Assembly (NCBI GenBank): GCA_964016885.1
Contig: OZ024750.1
Span: forward strand, 18,662,001 to 18,726,000
DNA from: Eledone cirrhosa
Taxonomy: Eukaryota
Direction of reading: 5' to 3'
Length of the DNA stretch: 64,000 nucleotides
This document shows, piece after piece, positions 1 through 13,964 of this stretch; positions within the stretch are counted from its first letter, which is position 1, and each line of letters begins with the position of its first letter. Below the pieces are notes generated by a model. It had not been told where the DNA came from, did not search any database, and was given only the letters and a program-made list of their open reading frames with translations. Made by a program: the position numbers and the translations under genes.

Positions 1-3000
1 GTATACTTATTCAAACATTGAATGAAAATGTCCTCTGAAAATCGATGATTTACGTAATTGTCTGTATGTCCTTGGCCGAGGCATGAATGACACCGCTTCC
101 TATTGTCTCTCTATTATCTTCCATAAAAGCCGAGTCATTATTTCTAATGACTCTAATCCTGAGTCGTTTACATTTGATCTTGAAATGAATGAGTGAATGA
201 CATGCAGTTTATATATATTTATATACACATACTTTTTCAACATGTATTTTATATACATATTAACACACACACACACACGTGTATATATTGCGTATTATAT
301 ATACATATAGAGAGAGATTGGCAAGACAATAGCCCTCATTCTCTCCCCTATACCACCGATCGATATTTTAGAAAAGCGGGTGTGAATGGGGTTTAGGGAA
401 GTTGTGACATTCACGCATCTCCTAACGATGATTATTACACTGTATATATTATTTGTGTATCATTAATGATAGTATCACCACCACTTTTACATTTAACCCT
501 CTGACTACCGCAATTACCACTACGACCACACACAGTCTATCTCATGATTTACGCAATATATTGAAAATTATGTAATATGATAAGATCGTTTAGTTGTACA
601 AACATTACTGTTATTGATGGTGATTCTAGTTATAATAGGGGTTGTGTTGATGGTGATTTGGGTATATAGTAATGAATGTGGTGGTATTGATGGTTATGAC
701 GGTAACGGTGATCATAATTACTATAGCGGTGACGGTGATTGTATTTATGATGATGATGGTGGTGATTATATTTATGATGATGATGGTGGTGATAATAGTT
801 ATGATATTCGTGGTGATGGTAATGGTGGTGACGATGATTTTCTTTTGTGACGCTGCCAAATTATTTGCGATTGCTTTCAAAGTTGGAGGTCACCCTGTTA
901 CATTTACCTAAGTCTGTTAAGCTATCTTTAACAGCCAGTCTCTTTATTTCGGTATCTTGTCATTAAAAAAATATATATAGTCAATGTAGAGATCGTCTGC
1001 TATTTTATGTTACTATGTCGACTTTAACACACAAACACACCCACACACCTCTGTATATAAACTGGACCTCCGTCGATTTCGTTAAGTGTTCCAATTGTTT
1101 AATCAATGAAACATCCTGCTCAAGAAATGAAAGTGCAAGTGAGCGGGCAATCCACAGACACGTGTACCCTTAACGTAGTTCTTATGGAGATTCAGCGTGG
1201 CATATTGTGTAACGGAGCTGGGTCGTTGAATTACAGATACAACGCACTTTTGCCGGGTTAGTGGACTGGGGTAACGTGAAATAAAGGGTGCAACGTGCCG
1301 CCTGGAATCGAATTCACGACATTACGTTAGTGAGCCGAACACTCTGACCACTAGGCCACGCGCCTTCACATACATATACACACACGTATGTCAAACTCAT
1401 GCAAGCATGATGATGTTGATGATTTATATGCATGTATTTGTGTGTGTGGAGAGAGAGAGAGAGAGATTAAAAGCTTGGTGAATGTTTGTTTACCAACGAA
1501 GAGAAACGTATTCAGTACATACAGTTTATTAACATCCGAAGCCCCTTGCAATGTATGTGTAATGTTTTTTAAATAACTATAATTAATGAAAGAACTAAAT
1601 AAGAATTGTAGAACAAAATATTCTGAATGGAAATTCTAACTACAGAATTTTCAGCTAGTACACACACACACACACACGCATGCACTCATAAACACAACAC
1701 AATTTGAAGCAAAGTACTCAATACATGAATTTGAATTGATATATTTTAAATTAATGACTCTTATAGAACTAGCTGTGTTTCTTTAAAAAATTGTCTGAGA
1801 GTTCTTGAAGAAGGAAACAACCAGTCCTGTAAGAATCAGTCATTTAATAAATATATATATAGGTATATATTTGTACAGGCATAACTGTATGGTTAAGTGG
1901 TTTGCTTTGAAACCATGTGGTTCAGGTTCGATTTCACTGTTTGGCACCTTGGACAAGTTTCTTTTCCCACAGTCTTAGGCTCACCAATACCTTATGAATG
2001 AAATTGTGTAGGAATCCGCCATATTGTTTGTACCTGCTATTCAAAAGTCCAGTCACACTGAATCTGTTTGAAGATTACATCTAAGGTTACATGTGTTTGT
2101 GGAATACTCAGCCACTTAACCTATAATACCTTATAAAAAGGGGTTGGTGTTTAGAAGAGTATCCTGTCAAAGACAACCTCTATAGTCCTGGTGCCATGAT
2201 AAAATGCATCCACTACATTCTTTAAAGTGGTTGTTTGGAAGAGTATCGAGCTATAGAAACTGTACAAAATAAATATAGAGAGGACTCTTGTAACAATTCT
2301 AGTGTTGGCACCACAATAAAATGCACCCAGTACACTTTGTAAATTGGTTGGGTTTACGAAGAACATCAAGCTGCAAAAACCATTCTTAAAAGGCTTGTGA
2401 GGACTCTTTAGTCATGTCTTGAGCATGACAACCCCTCTATTGCTGGTATTTTGATAAAATGTACCCAATGCACTCCTGTAATGTGGTTGGCATTAGCAAG
2501 GTCATCCAGCTGTAGAAACGATGCCAAAATTGGAACATATGTGAGACATGCCCCTACCCGCAACCAGTCTAGACGGACAGTAGCTTCAATTGAGTACTGA
2601 CTTGGTTTCTAATGACCTGTCCAACTCATGCCAATATGGAAAATAGATGTAAAATGATCATAATGATATAGTCTTAACACATAACTTTATAAATTCTCTC
2701 TCAATTATCACTCTTTTTTAATACCCGACAGCAATGTTACAATCTGTGTGTGTGTGTGTGTATGTATATATATATATATATACACACACATATATATATG
2801 TATGTATGTGTATGTCCATACACAACCTCTTATATATTTAAGCTAGTGCTGACTCAAGCCACAGCTAATTTAATAGCACCAATTAATGGGTGAGAGAGAG
2901 AGAAAGAAAGAGAATGTAAAAGACAAAAAGTTTGTAATATTGTATCATATTGAAGGTCATTGTCCCACCTGGTACCACCATTACATATTTAGTAGTTCAA

Positions 3001-3439
3001 ATATTGATTATTTTTACCTCAAGGTCACACATTTTTGTAGGTGGAGATGTTAATTTAATCACCCTTCTTCACAGTACATAATAGTTACTTTTTTTTTTAT
3101 TGACCCTCAGAGATAATAAAAGAGAAAATGGATCCCAGTTATGTATTTTCCAGTGCCCTTAAGTAAGGCACGGTCTTTGAACCCTGTAGTTTTACTCTTT
3201 AGTTTTGGCTGTCTTAATGGTGAAGGTGAATGACTTAGTGTTAGGTTCTTAGGCTCATGATTGTAAGATCCTGAGACCAATTTCCAGACCAGATGGCACG
3301 CTGTGTCCTTGAGCAAGACACTTCATTTCACATTGCTATAGTCCACTCAGCTGGAAAATATAAATTGCAATTACACTAGTGCCTGGCTGTATTGGCCTTT
3401 GCCTTTTCTTTGGACAACATTGTATATATATATATATAT

Positions 3440-3990
3440 ATATACCTGGGTGACAAAATCAGCAGTGGGGGAGGGTGCTCTGAAAGTACAGTAGCTAGAG
3501 TCAGAACTGGGTGGAAAAAGTTCAGAGAGCTTATACCACTATTAGCCGCTAAAGGGTTCTCCCTAAAAATGAAAGGCAGGTTGTTCGATGCCTGCATACG
3601 AACAACAATGTTGCATGACAGTGAGACCTGGGCATTGTGTGCAGAGGATATACGCAGACTAGAGAGAAACGAAGCTTGCATGCTCCGCTGGATGTGTAAT
3701 AGTAATATACGTGAACGACAAAGCATAAACGAACTAAGGAAAAAATTAGAAATAAGAGGGATCAGATGTTGTTTACTAGAGAGAAGGCTACGTTGGTATG
3801 GTCACGTGATGCGCATGAAGGACGATAGCTGTATAACAAAGTGCAGGGCAATAAAGATAGACGGTAGCCACGGAATAGGCAGACCCAGAAAAACCTGGGA
3901 CGAGCTGATAAACTCCGACCTCACACACACCTCACCAAGACAATGTCACTGGACCGAGACCTTTGGCGGTACTCAGTAATAGAGAAGACC
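3440..3990 (+). mobile_element. 5'-truncated RTE-clade LINE (RT C-terminal region)
   Basis: YLGDKISSGGGCSESTVARVRTGWKKFREL..KMKGRLFDACIR..SETW..RRLRWYGHVMRM..GRPRKTW; starts directly after a (TA)n tract. Confidence 0.9.
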
Positions 3991-4390
3991 CGCCTTACCT
4001 AAATACAAAGTAAAACCTACTACAGTCAGTAGGCATCTCTAACAAAATACACCCCCGTCCCACCACCTCCACCCCATCCACACCGCTCCCTTCTATGTAA
4101 AGTTATGTTGGTGCCACACCATCCAGGCCGAAACAAATGAGATCATGTAGGTGTCTCGACAAAAAAACACACAGTCCACGCTGTAATGTGGCCGTGTAGG
4201 CAACACGGTAAAAACCTCCCAGACCCACACTGTAAATGTGGTTGGTGTTAGGAAGGGCATCCAACTGTAGAAAACCTGCCAGACAGTCCTATGCGAGCAA
4301 GACAATCACTCTTGCCTCAAGTGGGAAAACCCCCGTCCAAACCCATGCAAGCGTGGAACACGGACGTTAAACGTTGATGATGATGATGAC
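3990..4390 (+). mobile_element. Non-autonomous RTE-tailed SINE-like element (family C); other copies at about 22190-22390(-), 26995-27352(+), 31215-31605(-), 33840-34098(+), 35478-35673(+), 41715-41998(-)
   Basis: Shared blocks gtaaagttatgttggtgccac..cagtccacactgtaaatgtggttggtgttaggaagggcatcc..cccatgcaagcgtggaa..gacgttaaacg ending in (GAT)n. Confidence 0.75.
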
Positions 4391-4692
4391 ACCCATACAT
4401 ATATATACATATACACACACATATATATATATATACTCACACTCATATATATACACACACATTAAAAGAAATGTTTATTTTATCAAATATTTCATTTTAT
4501 TGATTATTTTATGGATTATTTTTTATCACTGTTTAAGTTTCTATTTATTTATTTTTCTATTTTATTGATTGTTTTAATTGATTATTTATTCACTTGTTTT
4601 TATTTGATTTTGTTCATGACATTTTAAAAAGATATATAAAATCTTTAATGATTTTTCCTTCCTCCTCTTTTTTTTTTATTTGTGATTTTCAG

Positions 4693-5752
4693 AAACCCCA
4701 ACTACTGGCAGATTGGAGGGTGTTTTCTGGTATCATTTAGCCTCTTTGATTTCTGGCACATAAATGAAAAGGCACCAGAGGAAGACCGATTGAAACGTCT
4801 AGTGTATGAAGCCAGAAAGTCCCTGAAAGACGGAGAGCCATTGAAATGTGAGAAATATTACCATGAAGCCTTGTCTGTCGTCATAGAGAGACACCAAAAC
4901 AAAGAGATTGATGACAACGAACTACTTCAAGCAAGGACCTATCTATTTGATTGTCTTGCTAATTTGTCTTTCAGTTTAAATGAATTTGACAAAGCAGAGA
5001 AGCTTTACAAGGAAACCATCAAAGGTTGTCTGCAAGCAGGAATGCCCTTCAATGGAAACGTTATTTTAGAGATTTCTTTGAAATTAGCAAACATCTACGC
5101 CATCCAGGACCGATCTGATGAAGCTATTTCTGGCTTTGAGTTTTGCATAAACACTCTGAGAGAGAAGATAAAGGAGGGGAAGAAAGTGGAGGTAAAGAAG
5201 AAGGAGGAAGAGAAGGAGGGAGATGAGGAAAAGAAAGAAGAGTGGGAGGAATTAGATAAAGACACAGAGGCATTGTTAGGGATGTGTCTAGATAGCTATG
5301 GTCGTTACCTTCTACGATTGTCTGACTATGACAAAGCAGAAAAAATGCTCAGTGACTCTTTTTCTATTGCAAAAAAATGTCTTGGAGAGACGCACAGACA
5401 GACTTTGGTGATTATGACTAACTTAGGCGTAGCAAACATTTTCCAAAAAAATTACGTACTTGCTGAGCAGTTAATACTGCAGGCTATCAAAATTGGCGAA
5501 GATATTGATGCTGAAGAAATATCTGCACTTTACTGCAACCTGGGTGCAGTCTATCTCGCTCAGATTCAGATGGAGAAAGCTTATGAAGCATGTTTGAAAG
5601 GGATGGCTTCGGCACAGAGGAATAATGATAGTATCGCAGTGAGGAAAGCTAAGACCTGTCTGCAGAGGGTTAATGACCATAGGACTGATAAACTTCCAGT
5701 TTCAGCAGCAGCAACGGCAGCAGCAGCAGCAGCAGCTCAGGCACAAAGTTGA
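4693..5752 (+). CDS. TTC19: Tetratricopeptide repeat protein 19-like (mitochondrial complex III quality-control factor); large terminal coding exon, 5' exon(s) missing
   Basis: Open, non-repetitive reading frame of about 350 aa with TPR helices (ARTYLFDCLANLSF..FDKAEKLYK; ILEISLKLANIYA..DEAISGFEFC; DTEALLGMCLDSYGRYL; LGETHRQTLVIMTNLG) typical of TTC19. Polypyrimidine tract and acceptor ttttcAG at 4691-4692 (phase 2), stop TGA ending 5752, AATAAA at 5804-5809. Family assignment from recalled motifs, not a search. Confidence 0.85.
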
Positions 5753-7183
5753 CAAATGGGATCTTAGGTAAATTTATTTATAAAAACCAAAATATTGTTG
5801 TAGAATAAAATAAAATCAGAAAATATTCTCACTTACCATCTTTTCCTTCATTTATTTATCTTTTATGGTTGTGCCCATGCTAGTACATAGCCTTATATTT
5901 TTTTCTTAATATATTTTAGCAGAGTCGTTATGGTGCCAGATTAAACCCTTTCGAGGTGAATAAAATAAAGTACCTGTCCAACAAGGTGGTGAATTTGTAG
6001 AAGTATTAGCATGTCGGAAGAGATGCTTTGTGGTATCTCTTCTGATATTTTGTTTTGTAAGTTCAAATTCCACTGATTGTCAGAGCTGGCATCAGGAATG
6101 ACACCCAGCTGTAACACACTGCCTCAAAAATTCCTATCCAACCCATGCTAGTGTGGAATAGCAGACATGATGATGATAATAATTGTTTCTATATTTGTCA
6201 CAAGGCCACCAGAAATTTGTAGGGAAGGGGAAAGTCGATTAAATCAACCTCAGTACATTACTGGTACTTTATTTTATTTCTCCGTAAGAATGAAAGGCAA
6301 AGCTAACTTCAGTATTTGAACTCGGAGGTAGAATGTTGTAACTAAATAATGCAAAGTATTTTGTTTGACACTCTGCCTATACTGCCAATCTACTCCTAAT
6401 GATAATGATTTTTGAAGAGACCTGAGGGCACAATGACAAATATTGTGGCTATAAGAACCAAGATAAAGAATCACATTTGAATAAATCTATTTATAATAAA
6501 CATTAACCTGTTAGCATTTAAGCTGGCCAGAATTCTCTCACCTCTTTCTGTTCAAACCGGCTGTAACCAGCCATTGATATGCTGTTAAGGTATTGTTCTC
6601 AAAATAAATAATATCAAAATCTCATAGATTCGATATAATTGTTTCTACTTTAGGCACAAGGCCAGCAATTACCCAGTGCATTACTGGTACTTTATTTTAT
6701 CGACCCCGTAAGGATGAAAGGCAAAGTCAACCTCGGCGGGATTTGAACTCAGATCGTAAAGGGACGTAACTATGCTGGAAAGCATGGCGTCCGACCCTCT
6801 ACCGATACTGCCAATCCACCATCGATATAATGTGAGATAATTATGAAAAATAAAGTATTTACCATGAAAATATAATAGTATATATAGATTAATAAGAAAT
6901 GTAATACTCTGAATACTACTGAGTCAAATATTGAAAATATGAAGAGAAATGTGTTGAGTATAATCCATTAGATCTATGTTAATGTTCTTAAAAGACAAGA
7001 AACAACATTTATTGGGAGAACAGCTGAATATTAACCCTTTTAATACCAAATTATCTGAAAACATGGTTCTATGATATAAAACAGTTTCAAATGTTTATAA
7101 CAGGTAAACAGAAATAACAAAACAAACAGCACAGTCTATGGAAGGAATATATTAATTTAACGCTTGAAATAGCAGGAAGAGAG

Positions 7184-7219
7184 TCTTAACGTTTCGGATG
7201 CTAATCCTTCATCAGAAGA
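7184..7219 (-). ncRNA. Minimal type-I hammerhead ribozyme motif in Penelope-like pLTR remnant
   Basis: Minus strand: ucuu CUGAUGA A GGAU uagc AUCC GAAA CG UU^ aaga; stem I ucuu/aaga, stem II GGAU/AUCC, palindromic ACGU stem III. Confidence 0.65.
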
Positions 7220-7577
7220 AAGAATGAGAAATTGGAAAGACTTAGGTGACGGGCAGGGCAGAATTGGAAAAAGAATTCACTGAAAAATAACAGGTCCATT
7301 CATGTTGCCATCTCTTGGAAACTTGTTGATGCTGGCGTTTTGTGTATGATATACTTTTTTAGAAAAGTAGATGAATGAACACGTCTATCTGAAAGGGTTA
7401 TATTTATTTTAAAACCTTCCATAATAATTTTATGTAAGAATCTTTGTTTTGTTATGTTCAAACACCAAATTAATAACGAGAAAGTTATATTACTAAATCA
7501 CTCCTAATTCTTGATTATTTTCAAAATGGTTTGAAAATTATGGGCTGTCTTTCATTAAAAATATGGTAATGAAAAGC

Positions 7578-7789
7578 TTAACCCTTTAGCATTTAAACCG
7601 GCTATATCCGGCCAGAATTCTCTCACCTCTTTTTGTTCAAACTAGCCGTAACCGTCCACTCATACCAACGTTAAAATATTGTTCTCAAAATAAATAACAT
7701 CAAAACCTCGTAGATTCGATATTATGTAATTATGTAAGATAAAGCCTTTACCACAAAAATATAGAGTAATGTAAATGCTAAAAGGTTAA
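7578..7789. mobile_element. piggyBac-type MITE (TTAA-flanked); copies at 46772-46998 and 58110-58328, partial at about 6503-6640 and 50030-50135
   Basis: TTAA|CCCTTTAGCATTTA ... TAAATGCTAAA(A/G)GG|TTAA terminal inverted repeats with TTAA target sites; conserved interior between copies. Confidence 0.7.
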
Positions 7790-8629
7790 AGTGTTTATAT
7801 TTATCTGAAAACCTGGCTTCATAATTTTATGTAAGAATCTTGTTTTGTTATTTTTCCAAACAGCAGCTTAATAGTGAGATAATTAGTTAAATTAATTAAT
7901 CCCCTACAAATCTTGATTATTTTCGAAATTATTTGAAAATCATAGGCAGTACTTTACATTAGAAATACGGTAACAAAGATTAAAGTGAACATAGCTGATG
8001 TTTTCCTGTATCTATTTAGTAAATGATTCGTAGTAGACATGTATTATAAACAAACTGAACAAATAATAGATCTTGCATAAAATCAGAAAGGGTTGTAAAC
8101 TTTGTCTCAACCCTGCTATCCTTTGTCTTTTTCAAACGGAGAGAATTATATACCAAAATTAGCTTTAGGAGTTACTTCCCTTACATCAAGTTATTTGCCA
8201 ACACACACGATGTATGCTGGTAGACCCTTTCATATCTATTTTCCATGCTTGTATAGGTTCAATGGATTATCACATTATGAAGTTGGCTAGGTCAGGGGGT
8301 GTTTTGCTCACATGGATCTGTTTTTGACATGGTTTCTATGGCTGGATACCCTTACTAGTGGTAACTATATTACAGCATCTACTGGGAGCTTTTTATTAAG
8401 GCATCACTACTATCACATTTCAGAGTAAGGAGGGTGTGTTTCGTCATGGCCCCATCACAATCACCTAACAGGGTGGACTGGGTGCATTTTTTCTGGAGCA
8501 ATGTGAAATAAAGTGTCTTGCTCAAGGAAATAACATCACCCGGTCCGAGAATTGAACTTACCTATTGTCTTGTAGACATACATATATATATATATATATA
8601 TGTATGTATATATATATATATATATATAT

Positions 8630-8830
8630 ATGTAACGAAGGAGTTGTGGTAAGGAACCAGATGGACCATAACGCAACAGAGTACTCAATACTTAGGGTAG
8701 TAGAGTGGGTAATAGGAAAAATTATGACCCCGACGGCAGAGCTCAAGCCATTTCGACGGCTATTTCTGTGTCCAGGAATAGCCGTTGAAACGGCTTGAGC
8801 TCTGCCGTCGGGGTCATACTTTTTCCTATA
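8630..8830 (-). mobile_element. Fold-back insertion (about 57-bp arms plus 80-bp tail), same family as 18517-18880
   Basis: Inverted repeat 8712-8829 (ataggaaaaattatgaccccgacggcagagctcaagcc.. / ..ggcttgagctctgccgtcggggtcatactttttcctat), flanked by (TA)n. Confidence 0.7.
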
Positions 8831-9929
8831 TATATGTATATACACACACACACACACACACATAACTGGGATCTGAATGTCGCAGTTTTTTGATCAACTA
8901 TGTACATGTTAATAGATCTACTTCATCAGAATTGATCTGAAGGCCACACAACAACAACAACAACAACAACAGTCCTAACCTAGCAAGTCTACCAACTTTA
9001 CTGACATGTAATTTGCCTGAATGACTAATCAACTGTTTCAAACTTGCTAGACTGCTAACTTTTTTATATCAAACCACTGGAGACTGCCCTGCATTTATGA
9101 TACAATACTGTTCATTTTAAAGTGTTTATTGTTATATTAAAACATACAATCATAATTAGATATTAGATATTTTTGTTAACTAATTCTAAATATCAACTTA
9201 CTAATGAAAAACCTAGTTATTTTATCAAATTCTTCCAAAGTTTGGGTTATTTTCAACATTTATTGAAACATATAGGTAATGTGTTTCATTTGAAATGTGG
9301 TAATAAAAGATTTAAACTCGTCTGAATAAGAAATTAGAAATTTACTGGAAGGATGTCATTTCATAATAAGTTTAGCTATGCTTTGCGATATTTCTGTTAT
9401 TCATAGTAACTGTAATATTAAGAAATTATGACCAGGATTAACTGGGTTTTTATCTCCTCTCAGTCCAGCTTGACTGCTTTCATTTCCTTGCTATGCTATT
9501 TCATTTCCCATGAAGCAGTTTTGTTATTCAGAACTTCTTGAACAAAATAATTAAACTGCAGTGTTTTTCCGGCTGTTTGATCATCTGTGACGAAAGTATT
9601 GACACTGACACTACAGAAATAGATTCAGGCAACCTGCATGGTTACAGTGTATGGAAGAATGTAACACGATGTGATCTGTGATCACATGTTACTTCCTACT
9701 CATATACAAGCCTGTGTTTGATTAGAAATGTAGGCTACCCTTACCTAGAGCTGATGATAGGATTTGACCAGATGTGACATCTAGACCCTACAAAAGCAGG
9801 TGAAAGACCAGAGCCAGATGTAAAACATATACCCGACCCCACAAACAAAAACAATGAAAAAAGATACTGGTGATAGGTCTAGGCCAGATGTAGAATGTGC
9901 CACCCCAACCAAGTTGATAATAGCTAATA

Positions 9930-10222
9930 TCTATTGAGTAACACTGGGAGCTTCTAAATGCTAACAGTAGAGAAGACTCATTGGTATGGACATGGGATGC
10001 ACATGGACAATGACCAGATATGCCAGGAAATCCCAGTGGAGGGAAGCCCCAATAGAGGATGACCAAGAAAGACCTGAGCAGAGGTTGTGAGAGCAGACCT
10101 CAAATCGCTAAGCCTGGCAGAGAAGATGACGAAGGAACAAGAAAATTGGAGAGATGCCGTGCTGAGTAGGACCTATCCAATCCCTGCAAGCATGGGAAAA
10201 CAAACATAAAAATGATGATGAT
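9930..10222 (+). mobile_element. Degenerate RTE LINE 3' end
   Basis: agaagactcattggtatggacatgggatgcacatgg (RRLxWYGH..) and (GAT)n tail. Confidence 0.6.
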
Positions 10223-10324
10223 ATATACAATGTAAATATCGATATATAAAATATTGACTTGTTGACCAATAACCCCTTGATGCAAATTAGGTGCTAAAAT
10301 ACCTAGCAGAGAGAACTAACATAG

Positions 10325-10605
10325 ATAATAATAATGAAATTATTGTGTAAAGTGCTCAGGTGCACTACAACTTGTCAAAGGTGTATGTATAGTACATAGA
10401 ATAATATACAAATGTCAAGGAAGTGAATAGTGTATGAGTCATCATATACATGTGTGTATGTGTATGGAGGGGGAACATTAGGTGTAGTGTTGGCGAATCC
10501 CGGGAAGCATGGAGGTTTTAAAGGATGCAGTGTCTCGACAGCTAACAACTGATGCAGGTAGTTTGTTCCATGCTTCAGCAACTCTGGGCATGAAAAAATG
10601 TTCAG
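10325..10605 (-). mobile_element. CR1-type LINE 3' end fragment; similar at 30810-31090(-), 45530-45720(+), 53795-53870(-)
   Basis: Matches 3' end of the 35760-36955 element (RVAEAWNKLP..TASFK..; gtagtgcacctgagcactttacacaataatttcattatt). Confidence 0.8.
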
Positions 10606-10917
10606 GTACAACAATTTTAATACCTTGCATAAAAAACATCAAAAATAATCAGTTAGAACAATGAAATATTTACATTATGAAAAAGAAGAGAGACAGTATC
10701 CCGTATACATCTTTAGTTTAATATAACATTCTATTATGCATTTTTCAAATGCATCAAAGTTGTGTAACAATTATTTAATGTATTATTATCAGATAGTTAT
10801 CTTGGTGTAATGTTATTTTGTTCTTGCTTTTGATATGCTCACTATAGTATGGAACTCAATGTTGGCTGTGTGGCTATAAACAAGCATATATATATATATA
10901 CATATATATATACACAT

Positions 10918-11258
10918 GGAGGCACATGGCTTAGTGGTTAGAGCATTGGCCTTGCAATCGAAAGGTTGTGAGTTCAATTCTCAGATCGGGTGATGTGTTG
11001 TTTCCTTGAGCAAGACACTTTATTTCACATTGCTCCAGTTTACTCAGTTGTAGAAATGAGATGATAGGGACTGGGGTCCCTATCATTCCACTACAAAGTG
11101 GTCGTGGAGGTGCCACGGCAAAAAAGCACCCAGCACTCACTGTAAATTAGGTTGGTGTTAGGAAGGGCATCCAGCTGTAGAAATCAAGCCAGAATCAGTT
11201 CCCGTCCCACCCTTGCAAGCAGGGAAAAAGCGGACGTAAAATGAAATGATGATGATGA
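10918..11258 (+). mobile_element. tRNA-derived CORE-like SINE with RTE-type (GAT)n tail (family A); near-identical copies 22423-22778(+), 33436-33780(+), 53150-53480(-)
   Basis: Box A tggcttagtgg, box B gagttcaattc, CORE-like tccttgagcaagacactt, 3' end cccacccttgcaagcagggaaaaagcggacgt shared with the RTE at 40330-41215. Confidence 0.85.
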
Positions 11259-11474
11259 TATATATATATATATATTGGAAAATGTGTGAGATCCTTGGTA
11301 CAGTTAGGTATATTTGAAAAAAAGGAAAAGAATGACTTCACTTGTAGTGTTAAAACATTTGTTTTGATTTAATGTTATAATATTATATTCTCATAATATT
11401 ATAATATTACAACATTAAATCAAAAAAAATTTTTTTAATACTGCAAGTGAAGTCATTCTTTTCCTTTTTTTCAA

Positions 11475-11510
<36 letters not shown>

Positions 11511-12221
11511 CATAATCCTCACCATCATCGTTTAACATCCATTTTCCACGCCAGCATGGGTATATATATAATATATGTATGTATGTGTGTGTGTGTGTGA
11601 AAATGTTTAAACCATGTATATCTCTTATAAATAAATAGATTTGAAATTATTTTGTTTTTCCTCAGCTTTTTCTTAGTAACAAAGATCTTGTAATCAAAGT
11701 CATCCATTTAACAGCGCATTTAATCAATAGTTTGATATTGAATACCTATTAATTATAATTAATTATCATGTTTATCACTATATATCATCTGAATTGAATT
11801 TATTGAAAAACAAAATTCATATATTTAATAAAATCAATAATTAAATATTTATACATCATTTTCAATTAGTTGGATCATGGCTAATTCTATGAAACTCTTA
11901 GTTAACTAGGTTTTCTCTGAGGTAAATATAATTGTTTCTACTTTAGGCACATGGCCAGCAATTACCCAGTGCATTACTGGTACTTTATTTTATCGACCCC
12001 GTAAGGATGAAAGGCAAAGTAAACCTCGGGGGGGATTTGAACTCAGAACGTAAAGGGACGTAACGATGCTGGAAAGCATGGCGTCCGACCCTCTACCGAT
12101 ACTGCCAATCTCTGAGGTAAATATAATACACAGTTTTCCATGTTGCAAATTGAGGGTGTCTGTGTTGTGTGTATATTTGCATGTGCATGACTATATGTAT
12201 GTATATGTGCATATACATACA

Positions 12222-12281
<60 letters not shown>

Positions 12282-12320
12282 GGAATACTGTTGGCTTTTT
12301 GTTACAATCTTTTCTATACC

Positions 12321-12381
<61 letters not shown>

Positions 12382-12402
12382 ATAAACAACAGAAGACAAT
12401 TA

Positions 12403-12475
12403 TTCCACTTACCAAAGGTTTCATGAAGACAGACGAGCTCAACAGAGACGTCTGAAATCGCTCATCAGAATGAAA
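12403..12475 (-). ncRNA. Type-I hammerhead ribozyme motif (long stem II)
   Basis: Minus strand: uuucauu CUGAUGA [gcga..CAGACG..CGUCUG..ucau] GAAA CC uuu GG UA^ aguggaa; 7-bp stem I with G-U pairs, GUA cleavage triplet; base of stem II imperfect. Confidence 0.6.
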
Positions 12476-12673
12476 ATTTACTCTTCCTACGGAAATACTT
12501 CATATATATATATATGTATCGTCATTATCATCAAAACAATCTAACGTCTATTTTCCATACTTGCATGGGTTAGACGGGTCATCCATGACATGAGACAAGT
12601 CTGGTCAGATTGGCTGTACCATGGTCACAGTGGAACAATAGTTTGGGAGCCACGAGCCGCACCTATATTTACA

Positions 12674-12722
<49 letters not shown>

Positions 12723-13077
12723 ACCCTTGTAAGCAGGGAAAAGCGGACATAAAAAAAAAATATTTATATATATACAAGGAAAAACAATGTTTTTGTTGGG
12801 TTTTCCAATTGCGAATAGTCTATCGGTCGCAACTCCAGGTAGATGGAGCAAGATGAAATAAAGTGTCTTGCCCAAGAACATAATGCATCGTCTGGTCCGA
12901 GAATCGAACTCATAACCTCACAATTGCGAATCCAATTCTCTAACCACTCGGCCAACAATTACCCAGTACATTACTGGTACTTTATTTTATCGACCCCGTA
13001 AGGATGAAAGGCAAAGTCAACCTCGGCGGGATTTGAACTCAGACCGTAAAGGGACGTAACTATATATATATATACAC

Positions 13078-13120
<43 letters not shown>

Positions 13121-13124
13121 ATAG

Positions 13125-13340
13125 GAACGATCGACTTTCGTCAAATCGGACCGAGGGAACAATGTTTCCGTTGGTCTTTCCAATTGCTAATACTATATAT
13201 CGGTCGCAACTCCAGGTAGAAGGAGCAACGTGAAATAAAGTGTCTTGCTCAAGGACATAACGCATCGCCTGGTCCAGGAATCGAACTCACAACCTTACGA
13301 TTGCGAATCCAATTCTCTAACCACTCAGCCACACGCCTTC
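13125..13340 (-). mobile_element. tRNA-head CORE-like SINE with alternative 3' tail; copies 48235-48453(-) and 12780-12955(-), related heads 1060-1366(-), 25455-25800(+), 47020-47220(-)
   Basis: Same tRNA head and CORE block as family A, followed by different tails (e.g. ccttctacctggagttgcgaccgat..ggtccgatttgacgaaagtcgatcg). Confidence 0.8.
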
Positions 13341-13389
13341 ACATATATATATATGTGTATATAAATATATATACATGTATATATATATG

Positions 13390-13422
<33 letters not shown>

Positions 13423-13896
13423 GTACACACACATATCTGAAATGTCAACACTTCCGGTTGGCCATCGCTTAAATAAACATACTAATTTTCTCCTAATGCA
13501 GTTTATGTATAATATCGTCTTTTTTAATGTACCATGGATTACGTTACTGATTAAATAAGACAGTGTAACGTAGTCTTTGTTCAATTTCTATGTATTATAT
13601 ATTGTCAATTACGATTTTATTTGATGTATCATATCTACATGTATATATACCTGCGTATAATATCAATATACACACTACACATGCTAGCAGAAAACCACCC
13701 GAAGGCTAGTTTATATAATAATTGTTTCTACTTTTGGCACAAGGCCAGCAATTACCCAGTGCATTACTGGTACTTTATTTTATCGACCCCATAAAGGCTG
13801 AAAGGCAAAGTTAACCTCAGCGAGATTTGAACTCAGAATAGCAAGGGCCGTAACTCTATGCGCCAAAGCATGGCGTCCGACCCTCTACCGATACTG

Positions 13897-13960
<64 letters not shown>

Positions 13961-13964
<4 letters not shown>

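Noticed and set aside
9745-9810. Hammerhead candidate CUGAUGA uagg..ccua; also 8880-8935(-) and 19001-19065(+)
   Set aside because: GAAA or UH/stem I closure is missing or the core is mutated; cannot be supported by eye.
10918-10995. tRNA gene
   Set aside because: A/B boxes are present but the sequence runs into a SINE body and is repeated as whole SINE copies; no acceptor-stem closure.
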